Notes: generated from the sequence alone by a model not told the origin. Counted from the whole stretch's first letter, positions 11,541 through 23,775 are shown. The stretch: 62,947 nt of DNA, filler included, from Sphacelaria rigidula (GCA_964200075.2; 11 parts of 11 records of this genome joined end to end with filler, not necessarily neighbours in it), one strand, 5' to 3'. Numbers and translations are program-made.

Positions 11541-12950
11541 TTTATGCAGTATTCGCCCAAGACACCACCCACTCGGTGGGGTCGACACAAGCAACCCTGA
11601 CTCAGCTGCCGGGCAAGGAGGCACAGTCCCCAAAGTTAGAAAAGGCTCGTCATGGGCGAGGCTGAGGGGGTGGGAGAGGGGTGGGGGGAGGCAAGTTTTC
11701 AGGGGTGGATACCCCCTGAACACCATGGATACCCCTGAATACCATGGATAATGGCTCCATTACACGGATACGATATTAGTGTACACCAACGGGCACAGGC
11801 CGAGGCAAGCGGTTTGTGTGAAGAACACTAAACGGAACTGATTATTGACCGCCCTGGAACCAAGGCCGGAACCAATAAGTACGTAGGCATCGGTCAATAC
11901 TGAAAGCAAGCATGTATTGAATATACTACATGGGTTCAGGTACTTCCTCTGTTCCATAAGTAAGTCAAGTTCGTTATGATCACACGGGCTCTTAACCGTG
12001 TCCAATGCCGCAGGCGATATATTTTTGAAATCTTCAGTGCTTTTCTAGTTGAATCGCGTCTCCCCCCTACCTGTTTGTGCAGCACCCGGCGTACTCGAAT
12101 GACCGATAAACGATCCGTATGCCCAAAAATGGCCATATTTCACGCCTTTTCTATAATATAGAGAAAAGGAGAAGAAGCCTGGCAACCCGAAGAACGGCCA
12201 AAATCGCGGAAAAAACTCAAAGTGATACCGCATACATACAAGGCTGGTCGGCCGGAAAAGTGGGTTGCTACGGGGCCTAAACGAAGCGCAAAACGTTGCC
12301 CGGTTGTCAGTGCGCGTCACAAGGTTCCGAGATGCACCCGAGAGGTAAAAGTGTGCTCAACACTTCAGGTCATACAGCATCGCGTACAGGCTTCCGCAGG
12401 AGAAAGCGCCAAAATCCACAGATAACTTGACTTCTCGACAAGACGGGGTGCCTCAATCGAATGTTTTTGGTTCCTTGTTGGGCAAGCATCAACAATAGCA
12501 GGACTGTAGTCGGGGACGTCCTGCGCGATGGAATCAAACATAATCTTCTCCATCGCTGCACGTTTGCCATTTTCATTTCGCCTACGTATTGAATTCGGAA
12601 ACATTCATGACTTTTTTCCCACCGCGTTGTTCGTTTCCACTCCCATTTTTCGAAAAGTGAGCAGCCCCGAAAATCGCCGCTCCCGCTCGTTTCATGCCGT
12701 TTGGGGCACGCACCACCCGCACAACACTGCCCAATGACTGCATTGCTCTGCGTGTAGAACTGGCCCTTCTGTTTTTGCGCGTGACCGTGATGTTGTTGGG
12801 TGGTGTGCTACTGCCGTGACTCCGTGGGATTGGATGAGGAACGTCGGGCGTGGGTCGAAAACTGTTTAGCACGAAATCATCGTTTCCCTACTTCTATGGG
12901 TCGAAAATGCGAACGTCCATGAGAAGTTTGCACAACTGTCCGCACAGTTA

Positions 12951-13262
12951 GCTGTTGCGCCCCGGTGGTGTAATGCTTAAAGGTTTGGTTTGTCACGATT
13001 AGGGTGGAGGAGAAAACGTGCGTTCGATTCCAGACGCGTTGGTTTCTGTCTTCGAAATGTCTGATTTCCACCGTCGAAAGCGTGAGTACGTGAGTAAACA
13101 AGAGTTAGCTGACTGAGTTCGTTCGACGACAGCTGACGCGACGCGGGAGTGCTGATTCAATCCGCGAGACCAGAATGCAAGGCGTGTAGCGGGGAGAGAT
13201 GGGTTGGTCCCTTAATACCACGGAATCGTCCCGAGAGAGGCCAGGAGTTCAGAGTGCGAATG
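12951..13262 (+). mobile_element. tRNA-derived SINE family B
   Basis: A-box TGGTGTAATG, B-box GTTCGATTCC, and a body homologous to 18559-18860. Confidence 0.75.
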
Positions 13263-13892
13263 TATATGATAAACAATATCGAGAACGGCCCGTACTTGTG
13301 TAGTACTTCCGGCCCAACGCGGTAGATTGAGCACACGTTATTCGTGGTTTGCAGCTGTGCGAACATGTCATTGCAACCTCATTCCTTGACGGATCGAAGC
13401 CAACGCACGCACACCGTGCGTGGTTGAGTAGGTGTTAGTTGTAGTAGGGGCTATCGGCTTGCAGTGATGCACGCTGATGTATTTGCGAGATCAATCAGCA
13501 GTGCAACATCACACCGTGGGGTGCGTGCCTTCGATCGTTGTTGATCGAAACTGTAGTTCAATAGTTGTTGATGCGTGTCGAAACAGCTCGGAGGCCAGGG
13601 TTGGGCTCAATATTCGATATCAGTCTCATTGGAGACAACGGCCGGGGTCAGGCACCCTGACAATAAATAATGGTACTCTCGACTTTTGATAATGGCAGGC
13701 GCAGGATTGGTTTTTATAAGTTGCAAAACCACGGGGTTCTATGAATGACCGCTTCAAATGGAAGCCATGGGTTTATGAAGTCTACGCAAGAATACTCAGC
13801 TAACTCTCATGAAAATTCTCTCAGGAAAAAAAACGACTTCTATTAAGACGCGTACATGTTGTTGTTCATCTAGCATATACAATATCACGTGA

Positions 13893-14105
13893 TAGCCCCG
13901 GTAGCCAAGCTGGTAACCTCGAAACTTCCTCACGGTTAGGACCTGAGTTCGAATATCGGTTAAGTCACACGGTCTGAGATTTTTTCTCACATCATGTCCA
14001 ACAGTGGAGAGCGCGACCTTCCTCCTGTTTGACCTGGGCTGATGCGCCCAGATATACCAAAGGTGAAAACTGGTGTGAAGAATAGATGGGGTGACAACAC
14101 ACGCA
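13893..14105 (+). mobile_element. tRNA-derived SINE family A, internally shortened copy
   Basis: Head gccccggtagccaagctggtaacctcg, shared block catgtccaacagtggagagcg, and 3' end agaatagatgg..caacacac as at 47144-47513. Confidence 0.75.
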
Positions 14106-14816
14106 GAGAGAGAAAATCACCAGATTTGATAGGAACAAATGGGCTCGATAGCAGGAGACAATGGACTCATTTCACACCGATAACAGCCGAAAAAAACAAA
14201 TGAACACGAGAGTACAACTACTACTTGGGAAACAGTGACCGTAAAACAGGCACACCTTGACTGAGCAAAGATCCTTGGATCTTACAGCAAGAGACTCAAA
14301 CGAACCCCAGAAGAAAGAAGCACCAAGCAATACTAGCCAACGGGGTCCGTTGCTGAGGAGAGCGACGCTCATCTACACTGCGGCTAAACCCTCAACCCGG
14401 CGCCCGTGAGTTAGGAGTTGCATCTCCAGCAGCCTCTTGTTCTTCCCGTAGAGCCAAGCGGTAGTGTTGCTCCCTGCAAAACAAAGGGGGAAACCAGGGA
14501 GGTACAACAGGGAGCAGAGCTTTTACCTGGGGGACGTCAAACGAAAACTGGCAAGATCGGTAACATGCGACCAACGCATGTCGGTCGAAAGAAAAAGAAA
14601 TAATTTCAGAAAATCGGTAATTCAACGAGATCCTGCGCCAGCCAAAAGAGGATACTAGAGCTCCAGTAGGTGTGGATGATGAGCGGCCCCTGATATTCTC
14701 CGATCGTGGTCCGCTGTAGGTTGTTCTTTTGTGGATGTCGTAGAGGCTGGTCCTAGCAAAAAGGATGGTCAGAGTATCTGAAGAAGAGAAAGAAAAGTGG
14801 CAGTAACGGGCGTGGG

Positions 14817-17029
14817 TCAAAGCGGTGCGTAGACGTCGTGGATGACGTCGATGTTGCGCTGGATACCGCGGCGAAGTCCTTCGGAATTGAGTCGCTGAAG
14901 CCACCAAGATCCGCGTGGTGCAGATGGGCTAGTGGTACATAGCGCTGGCCGGAGCTTGAGATGTATGGGTCCAGGGCCATCCATGAAGCGCACAATGTAT
15001 GTGTCAGGAGAAAACCAGGTCGGTGGAGGGGGTTCACCTGAGGTCGTAGCTGCCTTTGAGCCACAGGTAGCTGCCCTAGGGTAGTACTCGCTGGTGGGCG
15101 AAGAATTTTGCTTTACAAGTCTTGGTGGGTACAAGTCCGTAGTCATCGGCGACAAAGGGTAGTCCTTTGTCGCGGTGGAGTTCGCGGACTGCCGCACCAC
15201 GACGCATGTTACGATATCTCTTGTTGTGAGCAAGATGTTGCTGTTGGGGTTGCGTCCAGTGCAGGAAGATTGCACGGCGCTGCAATTGGAGGTCGGATTT
15301 GCGTTCCCAGGATGCTCTCCGAAGACCTTGCTAGTGGGTGGTATACGTTGCAGCAATTTTCCTCCTCGACCACGGGTGATCTGATGGCCGGAGATGGTGG
15401 ACACGGCCAGTCGAAGGGGTTGTTCCGTCACATCGTCTGTTGTAAGGTGATAAGGCGGTGACTTGGTCGAGTAACTGTTGAGGACGTACTGCGTGAGGCC
15501 GGCAAGCAGGTATTTCGGCACGTCAGATATGTCATGCGGGTTTGTGCAGGGTTTGCACCGGTGCACGGAGACGCGGGCTTATGTATCACTGCCTTAAAGG
15601 TCGCGAGGCAGGTCGTAATATAGAAACTTATCGCCAACGGGCTCTTCATCCGGTGAAGTTGGCGAGGGACCAACGGTCAGGATTTTGAACGACCCTGTCC
15701 AATTTAGGGGCAATTTTGTCGTCAAGACTGTCTCGTTGGCTACTTGTCCGGTGCCTTGGCGGATGGTTGACAAACTGTTGTAGATCCAAACCCATTCGCC
15801 GATCTTCCAGTGACCAATGCTTCGGTAGGGGTGCAAGTTTTGCGCAAAATCTTGCCTGGTTCAGGTGCTCTCAACGATTCTAGGTGCACAAGAATATGGG
15901 TTACGACATCCCCGTTTGCAAAATCATTCGGGATGTCCCTAGAACATTGGAATAGTAATCCTGGTGTACTCTCACATAACTCATGTGTCGTGTTTGGGAT
16001 GAGATCAAGGGCTGCTAACAATTCTAGACTCGGAAAATATTTGTGCACTCCTATCGTAGCATCCCTCCAGTTGGGGCGCTTGTGCATAAAGTTGTAGAGG
16101 GAAGTGTTGGATGTCTCAAGACGCGAGGCTTCCATAGCATGCTTTTCGTACACGAGAGTGAAAGCTTTTCGTTGTCGTGAATGCGCTAGTTCGTGATAGG
16201 ATATCTGATACTGATCCGATCCTTGTGGCCATCGAACGTTTGTCGCTCAAACATGGCGATGGGCAGCCAAGGATAACGTCCAAGATGAAGTTCGTTCGAG
16301 GAAAGGCCGGTGGCGGCGTCAACCGAGTCGTTGTAGGACAAGATGACATGCGAGAGATGGAGGTCCCAATCATTTTGGCGGTTGTTGACGACCATAGAGG
16401 GCATCTGGGCCATGGTATGGTTATCTCTTTCGGTACCACCGTTACCGTTCGGGTGGTAGATGCTCGTGGCACTTTTGCGGATGCCCAGGAACGTGTCAAG
16501 CTCGTGAGAGAGATCTGAGCAAATGTTTGATCATTGCCTGACAGGAGTCGTTTCGGGCAACCATAGTGCTTAATGTAGTCGTGGACCGATACACTGGCGG
16601 TTCCGGCGGCAGTGAAATCTTCAGCGGTTACTGCGTACATGGACGCGTGGCGGCTGAAGCGGTCGGTGAAGAGTAAGACGTAGGTGTTGGCGCGACCTGT
16701 GGTCGGTAGAGGGCCGAAGTGCTCGAAAGACACAAGGTGGCCCGGGGCATTTGGGGAGTCCCACAGAAATGACGGGCCAACGTACTGACTGCCGTGACGT
16801 TTTCGGAGCTTGGCATTTGAAGCAGCGTCGAATCCAGTAGCGAGTGGGGGTTCCCATGCCAAGCCACCAGTAGAAACGTCCAAGAAGCGCTAGGGTGCGA
16901 GTGACGCCAAGGTGGCATGACAAGTCAGTGTGGCAGCCTTTTATGGCCCAGGGGCGCATTAATAATGGAGCGTATAGACGTGTTGGTTCGTCGTTGAGTA
17001 GGCGTGCGTGGCGTCCCGTGGTTGAGGCG
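14817..17029 (-). mobile_element. Decayed Ty3/Gypsy LTR-retrotransposon pol 3' region (integrase with chromodomain-like C-terminal extension)
   Basis: HHCC zinc motif (GCHTDLSCHLGVTRT..FYWW..CFKCQ), rve core (FGPLP..YVLLFTDRFSR..YGCPKRLLS; YHPNGNGGTER), GPF-like NWTGSFKI, then VSTISGHQITRGRGG. Multiple frameshifts and stops. Confidence 0.93.
15812..16067. mobile_element. MITE with 4-bp TSD (CAGT), Sola2-like termini, inserted in the integrase
   Basis: TIRs GACCAATGCTTCGGTAGGGGTGCA / TGCACTCCTATCGTAGCATCCCTC. Removing it restores the frame KRPNWKIGEWVW. Confidence 0.85.
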
Positions 17030-17096
17030 GAGTGTGTGTGTGTGTGTGGTGTCGTCCCATCTATTCTGGACGCCGGTCTACACCTTTCGGTATATG
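17030..17096 (-). mobile_element. 3' end of SINE family A with (CA)n tail, inserted in the Gypsy element
   Basis: Reverse complement of 47443-47510. Confidence 0.85.
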
Positions 17097-17196
17097 NNNN
17101 NNNNNNNNNNNNNNNNNNNNNNNNNNNNNNNNNNNNNNNNTTAATTAATTAANNNNNNNNNNNNNNNNNNNNNNNNNNNNNNNNNNNNNNNNNNNN

Positions 17197-17585
17197 GGTT
17201 TTCGCCGGACCAGGCTCGCAGGTAATCACCAAGCGCGAAGCGCCATGATGTGTTCAGGGAGTCGCATGAAGGGTGAGAGCTGCATCCTGCTAAGATTGTT
17301 CGGCCCGAAGCTTACTGATTATCTTGCATTTGGATGAGAGCCTTCAATGAGTTGCTTCATTTTCTGGTACCACCACTTCCAGAGGCAGCCACGGCTGACA
17401 CACTGCTTCATGGGTGTCTCACGATAGGCATTATGCAGTATGATCATCCCCTGTGCGTGGAGATGAGGTTTTCTCACCCCGCAAAAAAATATTTAGGTAG
17501 ACTATCATCATGGTTGCCGCAAAAATATACGCAAGCGTGCAAAAAAACGGTAACCTGGTTGCTTAGCTCACGCAATGGGTGGCGC
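17197..17585 (-). mobile_element. Body of the direct-repeat/LINE-tailed non-autonomous retroelement
   Basis: Homologous to 57860-58110, 28915-29075 and 22950-23095. Confidence 0.75.
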
Positions 17586-17639
17586 AGGAGGCAGCACGGA
17601 GAATTTTTTCGGACATGTCGCCCCCCCCCCCTGGAGGCC

Positions 17640-17995
17640 ATTTTCTCGAAAGTTGTCACGATGTTTTCGTTTTTTTCGTCAACTTTGTCGCAAGAAATTG
17701 ATCAATGAACACTAGTTCGATTTTTTTCTGGTAATTTTGTTGCAAAAAATTGATCAATAACACTGACGAAAGCCGAAAAGGCTGGTAGTCTTTGCGGGGT
17801 TTGTATATCTGCTTCTGCTCCTTGCTCGCTCTGTCCCGATGAACTCAGATGCCGGAGGGCATTTTTTCGAAAATCATCCTGATTTTTCGGATATTTTTCT
17901 GTCAACTTTGTTGCACCAAATTGATCGATGAACATTGGCAAAATCCGAAAAGTCTGGTGGACTTTGCGCGGTGTATATTTGCTTCTGCTCCTTGA
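17640..17995. repeat. Degenerate repeats of a tcaactttgttgca..aaattgatcaatgaacac motif
   Basis: The motif recurs near 17680, 17735 and 17903, with a ~170-bp duplicated block. Probably the subterminal region of a DNA transposon. Confidence 0.5.
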
Positions 17996-18558
17996 TATAT
18001 TGTATACATATGTATACAATATAATATAAGGAGCATATATATACGTATTATAGCATATATTATAATATAGTATATACTGCACCTTATGATATTTTCATTT
18101 ATATAATATAAATATATATATTATATAATACAAGCCGTACAAGCCGCACGGGATCCGGGGCTGCGCCCCGGTCCCGTCCGTCTTTTTCGAGTGTCTCGGT
18201 ACTCTTGCCTTGCCAAGCCCTCGTGAGAATAGATCCTCTCTCGAAATGTTCATGCCCGCCGGAAATATTGCAGGCCCACCGCGATCGCGCCTCCGTTCGA
18301 ACGGTCGCGAACGCATGTGTACCCCCGCACAAAGTAAAGCACGAATTCGCTAAGCGGGTCCCTAGCATTGGCATTAGCCCGAACAGTCATCTCCTGGGGC
18401 GGGTGCGGAGGAGCTTGCACACTAAAATCAGCATTGAATCTCGTGGACGTCTCGTTACAAAGTATGCTTGACGCTCGTGAGTTCGAAATATTCTCTCTCT
18501 CTATGTATACTATATGGAGCATACATAATATAGACCTATAATTTATCATATTTTAATT

Positions 18559-19015
18559 GCCGCTGCGACCCGATGGTGTAATGGTCCGACTGTCGTCATC
18601 AGGGTGGAGAGAACGAGGGTTCCATTCCCGATGCGATGGGTAATTCTTCGTAATGAATGATCACCGTCGAAAAACGAGTACGTGAGTGAACGAAAGAGTG
18701 GTTGGCTGCATTTGTTCGATGAGAGTTGATGCGGTTGCGGGAGTGTTGACCCAATCCGCGAGACCAAAATGTAAGGCGTATACCGGGGGAGAGATGGGTT
18801 CATCCCTTGAGACTACGGATTCATCCTGAGGAAGGGGAGAGATTCAAAGTGCGAGGAATATATACATATAATATATGATACATAATACATACAAGGGTGG
18901 GAGTGCTGACCCAATCCGTGAGACCAAAATGTAAGGCGTATACCGGGGGAGAGATGGGTTTATCCCTTGAGACCGCGGACTCATCCCAAGGAAGGGGAGG
19001 TTCAAAGTGCGAGGA
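18559..19015 (+). mobile_element. tRNA-derived SINE family B with duplicated 3' part
   Basis: A-box TGGTGTAATGG, B-box-like GGTTCCATTCCC. The 3' ~120 bp is repeated at 18897-19015. TA-rich tails. Confidence 0.8.
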
Positions 19016-19219
19016 AAAAAATATTTAGGTCGAAGTATATATAATATATTATACATAATATATGTAAGGGTCTCTACTGTTCATGGCAGCTGACCGCATC
19101 TGGCAACGCTTCGGCAATAAACCAGGGAACACACGGCTGGGTGTCCCCCCCCCCCCCGTCAAAAACTCAGATTTTCAATCTTGGGGCCTATGTATCCTGA
19201 AAAAAAATCGCTGCCCGCT

Positions 19220-19330
19220 GGGTGGCGCGTTTTACAGCGTCATTGTCAACCGACGCCAACCCCATAGGGGGTTCGTCCCTACAAAGCCGGGTCGGAGCAC
19301 GCCGGGTTTTCACAGGGCCGGGCTAAGGCG
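19220..19330 (-). mobile_element. 5' direct-repeat end of the LINE-tailed retroelement
   Basis: Matches 23085-23180. Its 50-bp core matches 28675-28725. Confidence 0.65.
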
Positions 19331-20180
19331 GGACGGCGGGGCGGGGCGGGGACGGCGTTCTCCTGGGCCAACTGCCGTGTATGTATACCATTTCCTTCAC
19401 CACATAGTCATGTATATTGTATGTAAAAATTATATTGTCCTTACGAAAATGGACATGCAGCTACTACGGGTCAAGAAGTGAATGATATATTTATATATAT
19501 ATATATACCGTGGTTCGGCTGTGCGTTTTTTCATGTGTGGAACCATTAGACAGTCATTGGTCAGGGTGAGGGACTGGAGCGATTTGTGGGTCGACCTTAT
19601 CCTGGGAGTATGGTGTGTTCAAGCTCCGGGCAACCGCCCCCGTGGATCACGAAGGATGTGATCCACCGTGGCCCCGCCGCGAACTTATCCTTCTTGTCTG
19701 CGGGTGGCTGAAATGATTAGGGGCTAGAGTGAGGAAGAGGGGTGACGTGTGGGTCGACCCTTCCCAGGGAAAATGATTTGTGGTAACTCGGTTGCATGGT
19801 GGTTCGATGCAACGGAGAATCCACTTTTGGCGAACGGTGCCACATCTACGCGAGGGAAAACCTCTCCCGGAGTGTATATGCATTTGTATGCGGCAGTCTC
19901 TGATACACTCACACCACTCCCTCGGATGACGAATATAATGGTGCTCATTCAGCCGGCCACTGTCAAATTTCTTCGTAGTAGTTTGGGGTAGTTGATACAA
20001 GCTTTAAGTATAGCCAAAGCTGTAGATAAGTCCTAATCATATTGGTGGATGAACGGATGATCTGAAAACGAAAAAAACAAGTACTGGCTATACATGTAGC
20101 AAATAAATATACGAGCCACTGGACATGTTAATGTAGATTTATGTTCAGAACCAGAGGGAACAACATCTTCTTCAAATCTT

Positions 20181-20420
20181 CTGAAGTTTGGACACGAGAA
20201 AGATGTACACGGATGGAGATAACTTGGAATATATGGATGTGTTTCAGCATGATGACGCACATGGCACCGTGAAGGTTCGCGCCTGATACTCACAACTAGC
20301 AAAATTCGGAAACGAGAAAAACGGACATGGATGGAGATAACCTGGAGGATATGGACATGTTACAGCATGATGAAGCACATGGCACCGTGAAGGTTCGTGC
20401 ATGAGACTCACACTCCTAGT
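20181..20420. repeat. Tandem duplication, ~120-bp unit x2
   Basis: ggatggagataac..tatgga..cagcatgatga.gcacatggcaccgtgaaggttcg occurs twice. Confidence 0.8.
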
Positions 20421-20801
20421 AGACATTATCATATCATATCTACGTTACAAAACGTAACAGGCGCCTGTCGTTGTCAGTAGGCTGGCCATGTTACGGTGTA
20501 CAGTGACGGGTGATATTGGTTTGTTCCTACTTCGGCACTGCAAACGAAGGACGGATCTACTTATTCGCTCTACTACTGTATTTTGCTGCCTATCTAACCT
20601 AACGTCTAAATTACTATCTGTTCTCTTCACCTTCAGAGTAAAGCTTGAGACAGCAATGATCGTGCCCGGTGCATTGGCTGTTCTCGACTGTCGCTCACCT
20701 CATCGAATAGCTAGGTAACTCTGCAACAACCCATCTATTGAACACCGTGCTTCTAGTGTATTTCTAGTTTACTAGACTAGGAGTTCTATCAGCTTCTAAT
20801 A

Positions 20802-21485
20802 CTATCGAGGAGTGAATAATTCTTCAACGGACGTGACTTCCCTTACGACCTCGTCTTGTGTCGATATATCTTGCTGATGCGGAAAGTCATCATCTCCATG
20901 TCGAGTCGAATCAGTGATACCGATCACTTCGGGAGGGTCCCATTGTGATTCTCCTGTGACCTGATTATACCAGAAGATTAAACCAGTGGACGCGTCTTGA
21001 AAAGCTCCCCAGTCCCCGGTACCTGCGGCCGATGTCTCCCCGGGATCGTCTTCGAAGTTGCCTTTGTCCGTCCGTCCCACTGATTCAGCACGTGGCGACA
21101 GTTGATCAGGCCGCTGCCACTGAAAATCATTGGTGCTATCATTGTAGTAGAACACGTTGCCGTCTGGAAGCGTATACTCTATCCAGTCGCCTTCCCGCCT
21201 CAGTCTCATCGACGAGTTTGCAGCATGTTTCATGCTGATGTCGCGCACGCTGGATGGTGTTTCCCACTGCGACGTCTGAGTAACGTGGTTGTACCAGAAC
21301 GCCCTCTGGGCGTTTTGATCTTCATATGCAATCCAATCCCCCCAGTGCTTGAGTCGCACAGATCTTCCTCGGTTCAGAGACAACATCGATTCCGGGCGGG
21401 AAAGCGGGTCATCCTGTAACGTAGGAACTCCGATGCTTGCGCCTACTTCGTGCTGCGCAAGGGCCTCTTTGCATCTCCTATGTCC
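20802..21485 (-). CDS. Terminal exon of an ankyrin-repeat / triple-WW-domain protein
   Basis: Acceptor aaagcag|GGA in phase 0. Three WW motifs (GDWIAY..FWYNH.TQTSQWETP; GDWIEY..FYYND.T..FQWQRP; GDWGAF..FWYNQVTGESQWDPP). Stop at 20802-20804. Confidence 0.92.
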   Translation of the reverse strand, partial: GHRRCKEALAQHEVGASIGVPTLQDDPLSRPESMLSLNRGRSVRLKHWGDWIAYEDQNAQRAFWYNHVTQTSQWETPSSVRDISMKHAANSSMRLRREGDWIEYTLPDGNVFYYNDSTNDFQWQRPDQLSPRAESVGRTDKGNFEDDPGETSAAGTGDWGAFQDASTGLIFWYNQVTGESQWDPPEVIGITDSTRHGDDDFPHQQDISTQDEVVREVTSVEELFTPR

Positions 21486-21858
21486 CTGCTTTCGGGGGAA
21501 GATAAGAGCGATCTGCAGATTTTCTGGCGTACAGAAGGACAAAACGTTGGTGTCATGGGTAAAGTCGGTCTACGGTTAAGGGGTAGGCCGCCTCCTTGGT
21601 TGCAGTAATATCGAGGATAGCAGGGTGAGAGTACCTATATCATTCCGCATTTTACACGGTATCTTCACCACTGCTGCACTTGATAGTACGCTATAGTACG
21701 GGATATGGTCAAGTTAGTTGGAGTCAAGGCGGTGACAAGCGTACGGATGGTATCCTGCCCCCATCGAATATTGACGAACGCCAAGACCACTGCAACCGTT
21801 GAGCAAAATTACTCTGTTGAGGTTTCATGGTTGCCGCACACAGGTACTTGAAACGCAC

Positions 21859-22209
21859 CTCCAGAGTAGCTAGAAACAGCACTGAGTCGAAGTATGAGTT
21901 GTTTACGTGATGATGTAGCTGGTACTCCATGAGAATCTTCTCACACGCTGACTGCCCTTTGCGAGAGGCAAGGTCGATTGGTCGGAGGCCTTTGGAATTT
22001 CGCAAATCTGGTGCTACACCGTATTGAAGTAGGAGCAGGAGGCACGCTGTGCTGCCGTTGCAGGCGGCCGCGTGCATCGGAGTGTCTCCACGCTTGTCTG
22101 TTTCCCCCAGGTCTTGACCGCCACACTCAAGAAGCTCACACAGAAATTCAGCTTTCTCCAGGCGATCCGTCGCACACGCAACGAACAAAGGTGTCCGCAT
22201 ATCCACATC
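21859..22209 (-). CDS. Ankyrin-repeat exon of the same gene
   Basis: catcag|...GAG|gtgcgt, 117 codons. Ankyrin motifs RTPLFVAC, GDTPMHAAACNG and GLRPIDLA. Confidence 0.92.
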
Positions 22210-22393
22210 CTGATGACCGCACGAGGAGCGCACTTGTTCAGCAGTCGAAGGTTAAATGGGTACCAAACAGCCGGGTAATATGGAACGCAGTTTTCTGACT
22301 GGCTCGCAGTAACATAGGGAAATCTGATCGGACGATACTCCTTGGTCAACGGCTGACGTCATCCATGGCCCTTTAAAGCGAAGGGACTTTGGG

Positions 22394-22590
22394 CATGGCT
22401 GACGTCACCCGGTGGATTTTGGTATCTGAATCATAATTTTAAGGTATAATCTCCCGGAAATGTATCAGACAAACAAAGCGTATGCTATCAAACGAAGTGA
22501 GTGGGACGCAGTATTAGAATGTGTCGACGCTCTTGACCGGTTGCTCTGATTGGTCGCAACAAAATGACGTTGGAGATCACGTCAGCCATG
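22394..22590. mobile_element. Possible small TIR element
   Basis: CATGGCTGACGT..ACGTCAGCCATG inverted termini. No TSD seen. Confidence 0.4.
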
Positions 22591-22949
22591 GTATTCTTTT
22601 CATGGATAAGATCATCTCCGAAGTTACCCCCAGGGAATAACTCGCTGAAAAAAAATCGCGGGAATGTCTTAGTCGGTTGGGATTGCGGCGTGTTGCGATA
22701 TAAACCGACGTCAGTTGATAGTAGACTGATCAAAGATAAAGGATGTACAATAAAGCATTCACGGGTAGGACAAATATTGATTCGTCAGGAAATCACTTGG
22801 TTTTAGTATGATAAGTTGACTCGTGATGNNNNNNNNNNNNNNNNNNNNNNNNNNNNNNNNNNNNNNNNNNNNTTAATTAATTAANNNNNNNNNNNNNNNN
22901 NNNNNNNNNNNNNNNNNNNNNNNNNNNNGAGGGGGAAAAAAAAAAGTAC

Positions 22950-23180
22950 GATCATCCCCTTTGTGCGGAATTGAGGTTCTTCCACGCTGCACAACATGAT
23001 CTAGCTCGACTACCATCACAGTTACCGTAAAAAACGCAAGCGCGCAAAAACATTCGGTGATCTGGTTACCTAGCTTACGCAGTGAGTGGCGTGTTTTATA
23101 GCGTCATCGCCAACCAACGCAACCCCGTCGGAGGTCCGGAGGTCCGCCCCTACAAAGCCGGGACGGAGCACGCCGGGTTC
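22950..23180 (-). mobile_element. 5' part of the direct-repeat/LINE-tailed retroelement
   Basis: Links body sequence (17440-17585) to the 50-bp repeat core. Confidence 0.7.
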
Positions 23181-23775
23181 TCATTTGTTGCTTGCCTTAG
23201 TCGTTTGGCCATTGACCACGCATCCCTTGCAAGACGGAGCACCGTTCCTACTCCCAATAGAGACATCTTCAAGATTTCGGTGTTGATTACGTTTCTTCTG
23301 TGCATGACATAAAAACCTTTTACATATCCTATCTCCGTCCTGTTTCGCCGTCTGTGGCCGCCTATCTTCTAGTTTAACCATCGTTTTCTGCCTACTGTCT
23401 ACTGCATCAAACGATTCCACGCCATCTTCGTTCACGTCCCGCATTTCCCCCTCTAGCAAGTCCCGTTCCTCCTTGTATAGCATTCTGTCACTATGAGTTC
23501 TGCTCTATATTACTTCGTCACAGGGGCAATTCTGTTCATTTACTTCTTTATTCTCTCGACTACTCGTATATTTCTTTCTTTTCCCTGCCGGGTCCAGGTC
23601 TCCCGCCCTAAATCGCAGCTTCAACTATTTCGCCGCGTTCATTGGGCCATGCAAATATGTTTTCATCACCATCTCCTCCTTCAACCCCCCAAATATCTTC
23701 AGGTGTTCTTCCTCGTCTACTTCGCGTCTGAGCATTTCATTTCCCTTGTTTCCATGATGTATTTTTACTTTTGAG
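23181..23775 (-). mobile_element. 3' end of non-LTR retrotransposon (LINE family 1) ORF2, decayed
   Basis: KTYLHGPMNAAK*LKLRFRAGDLD..NCPC..SRTH..LYKEERDLLEGEM..GSRNGAPSCKGCVVNGQTTKASNK*. Cys/His-rich LINE-type C-terminus with stops and frameshifts. Confidence 0.85.
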
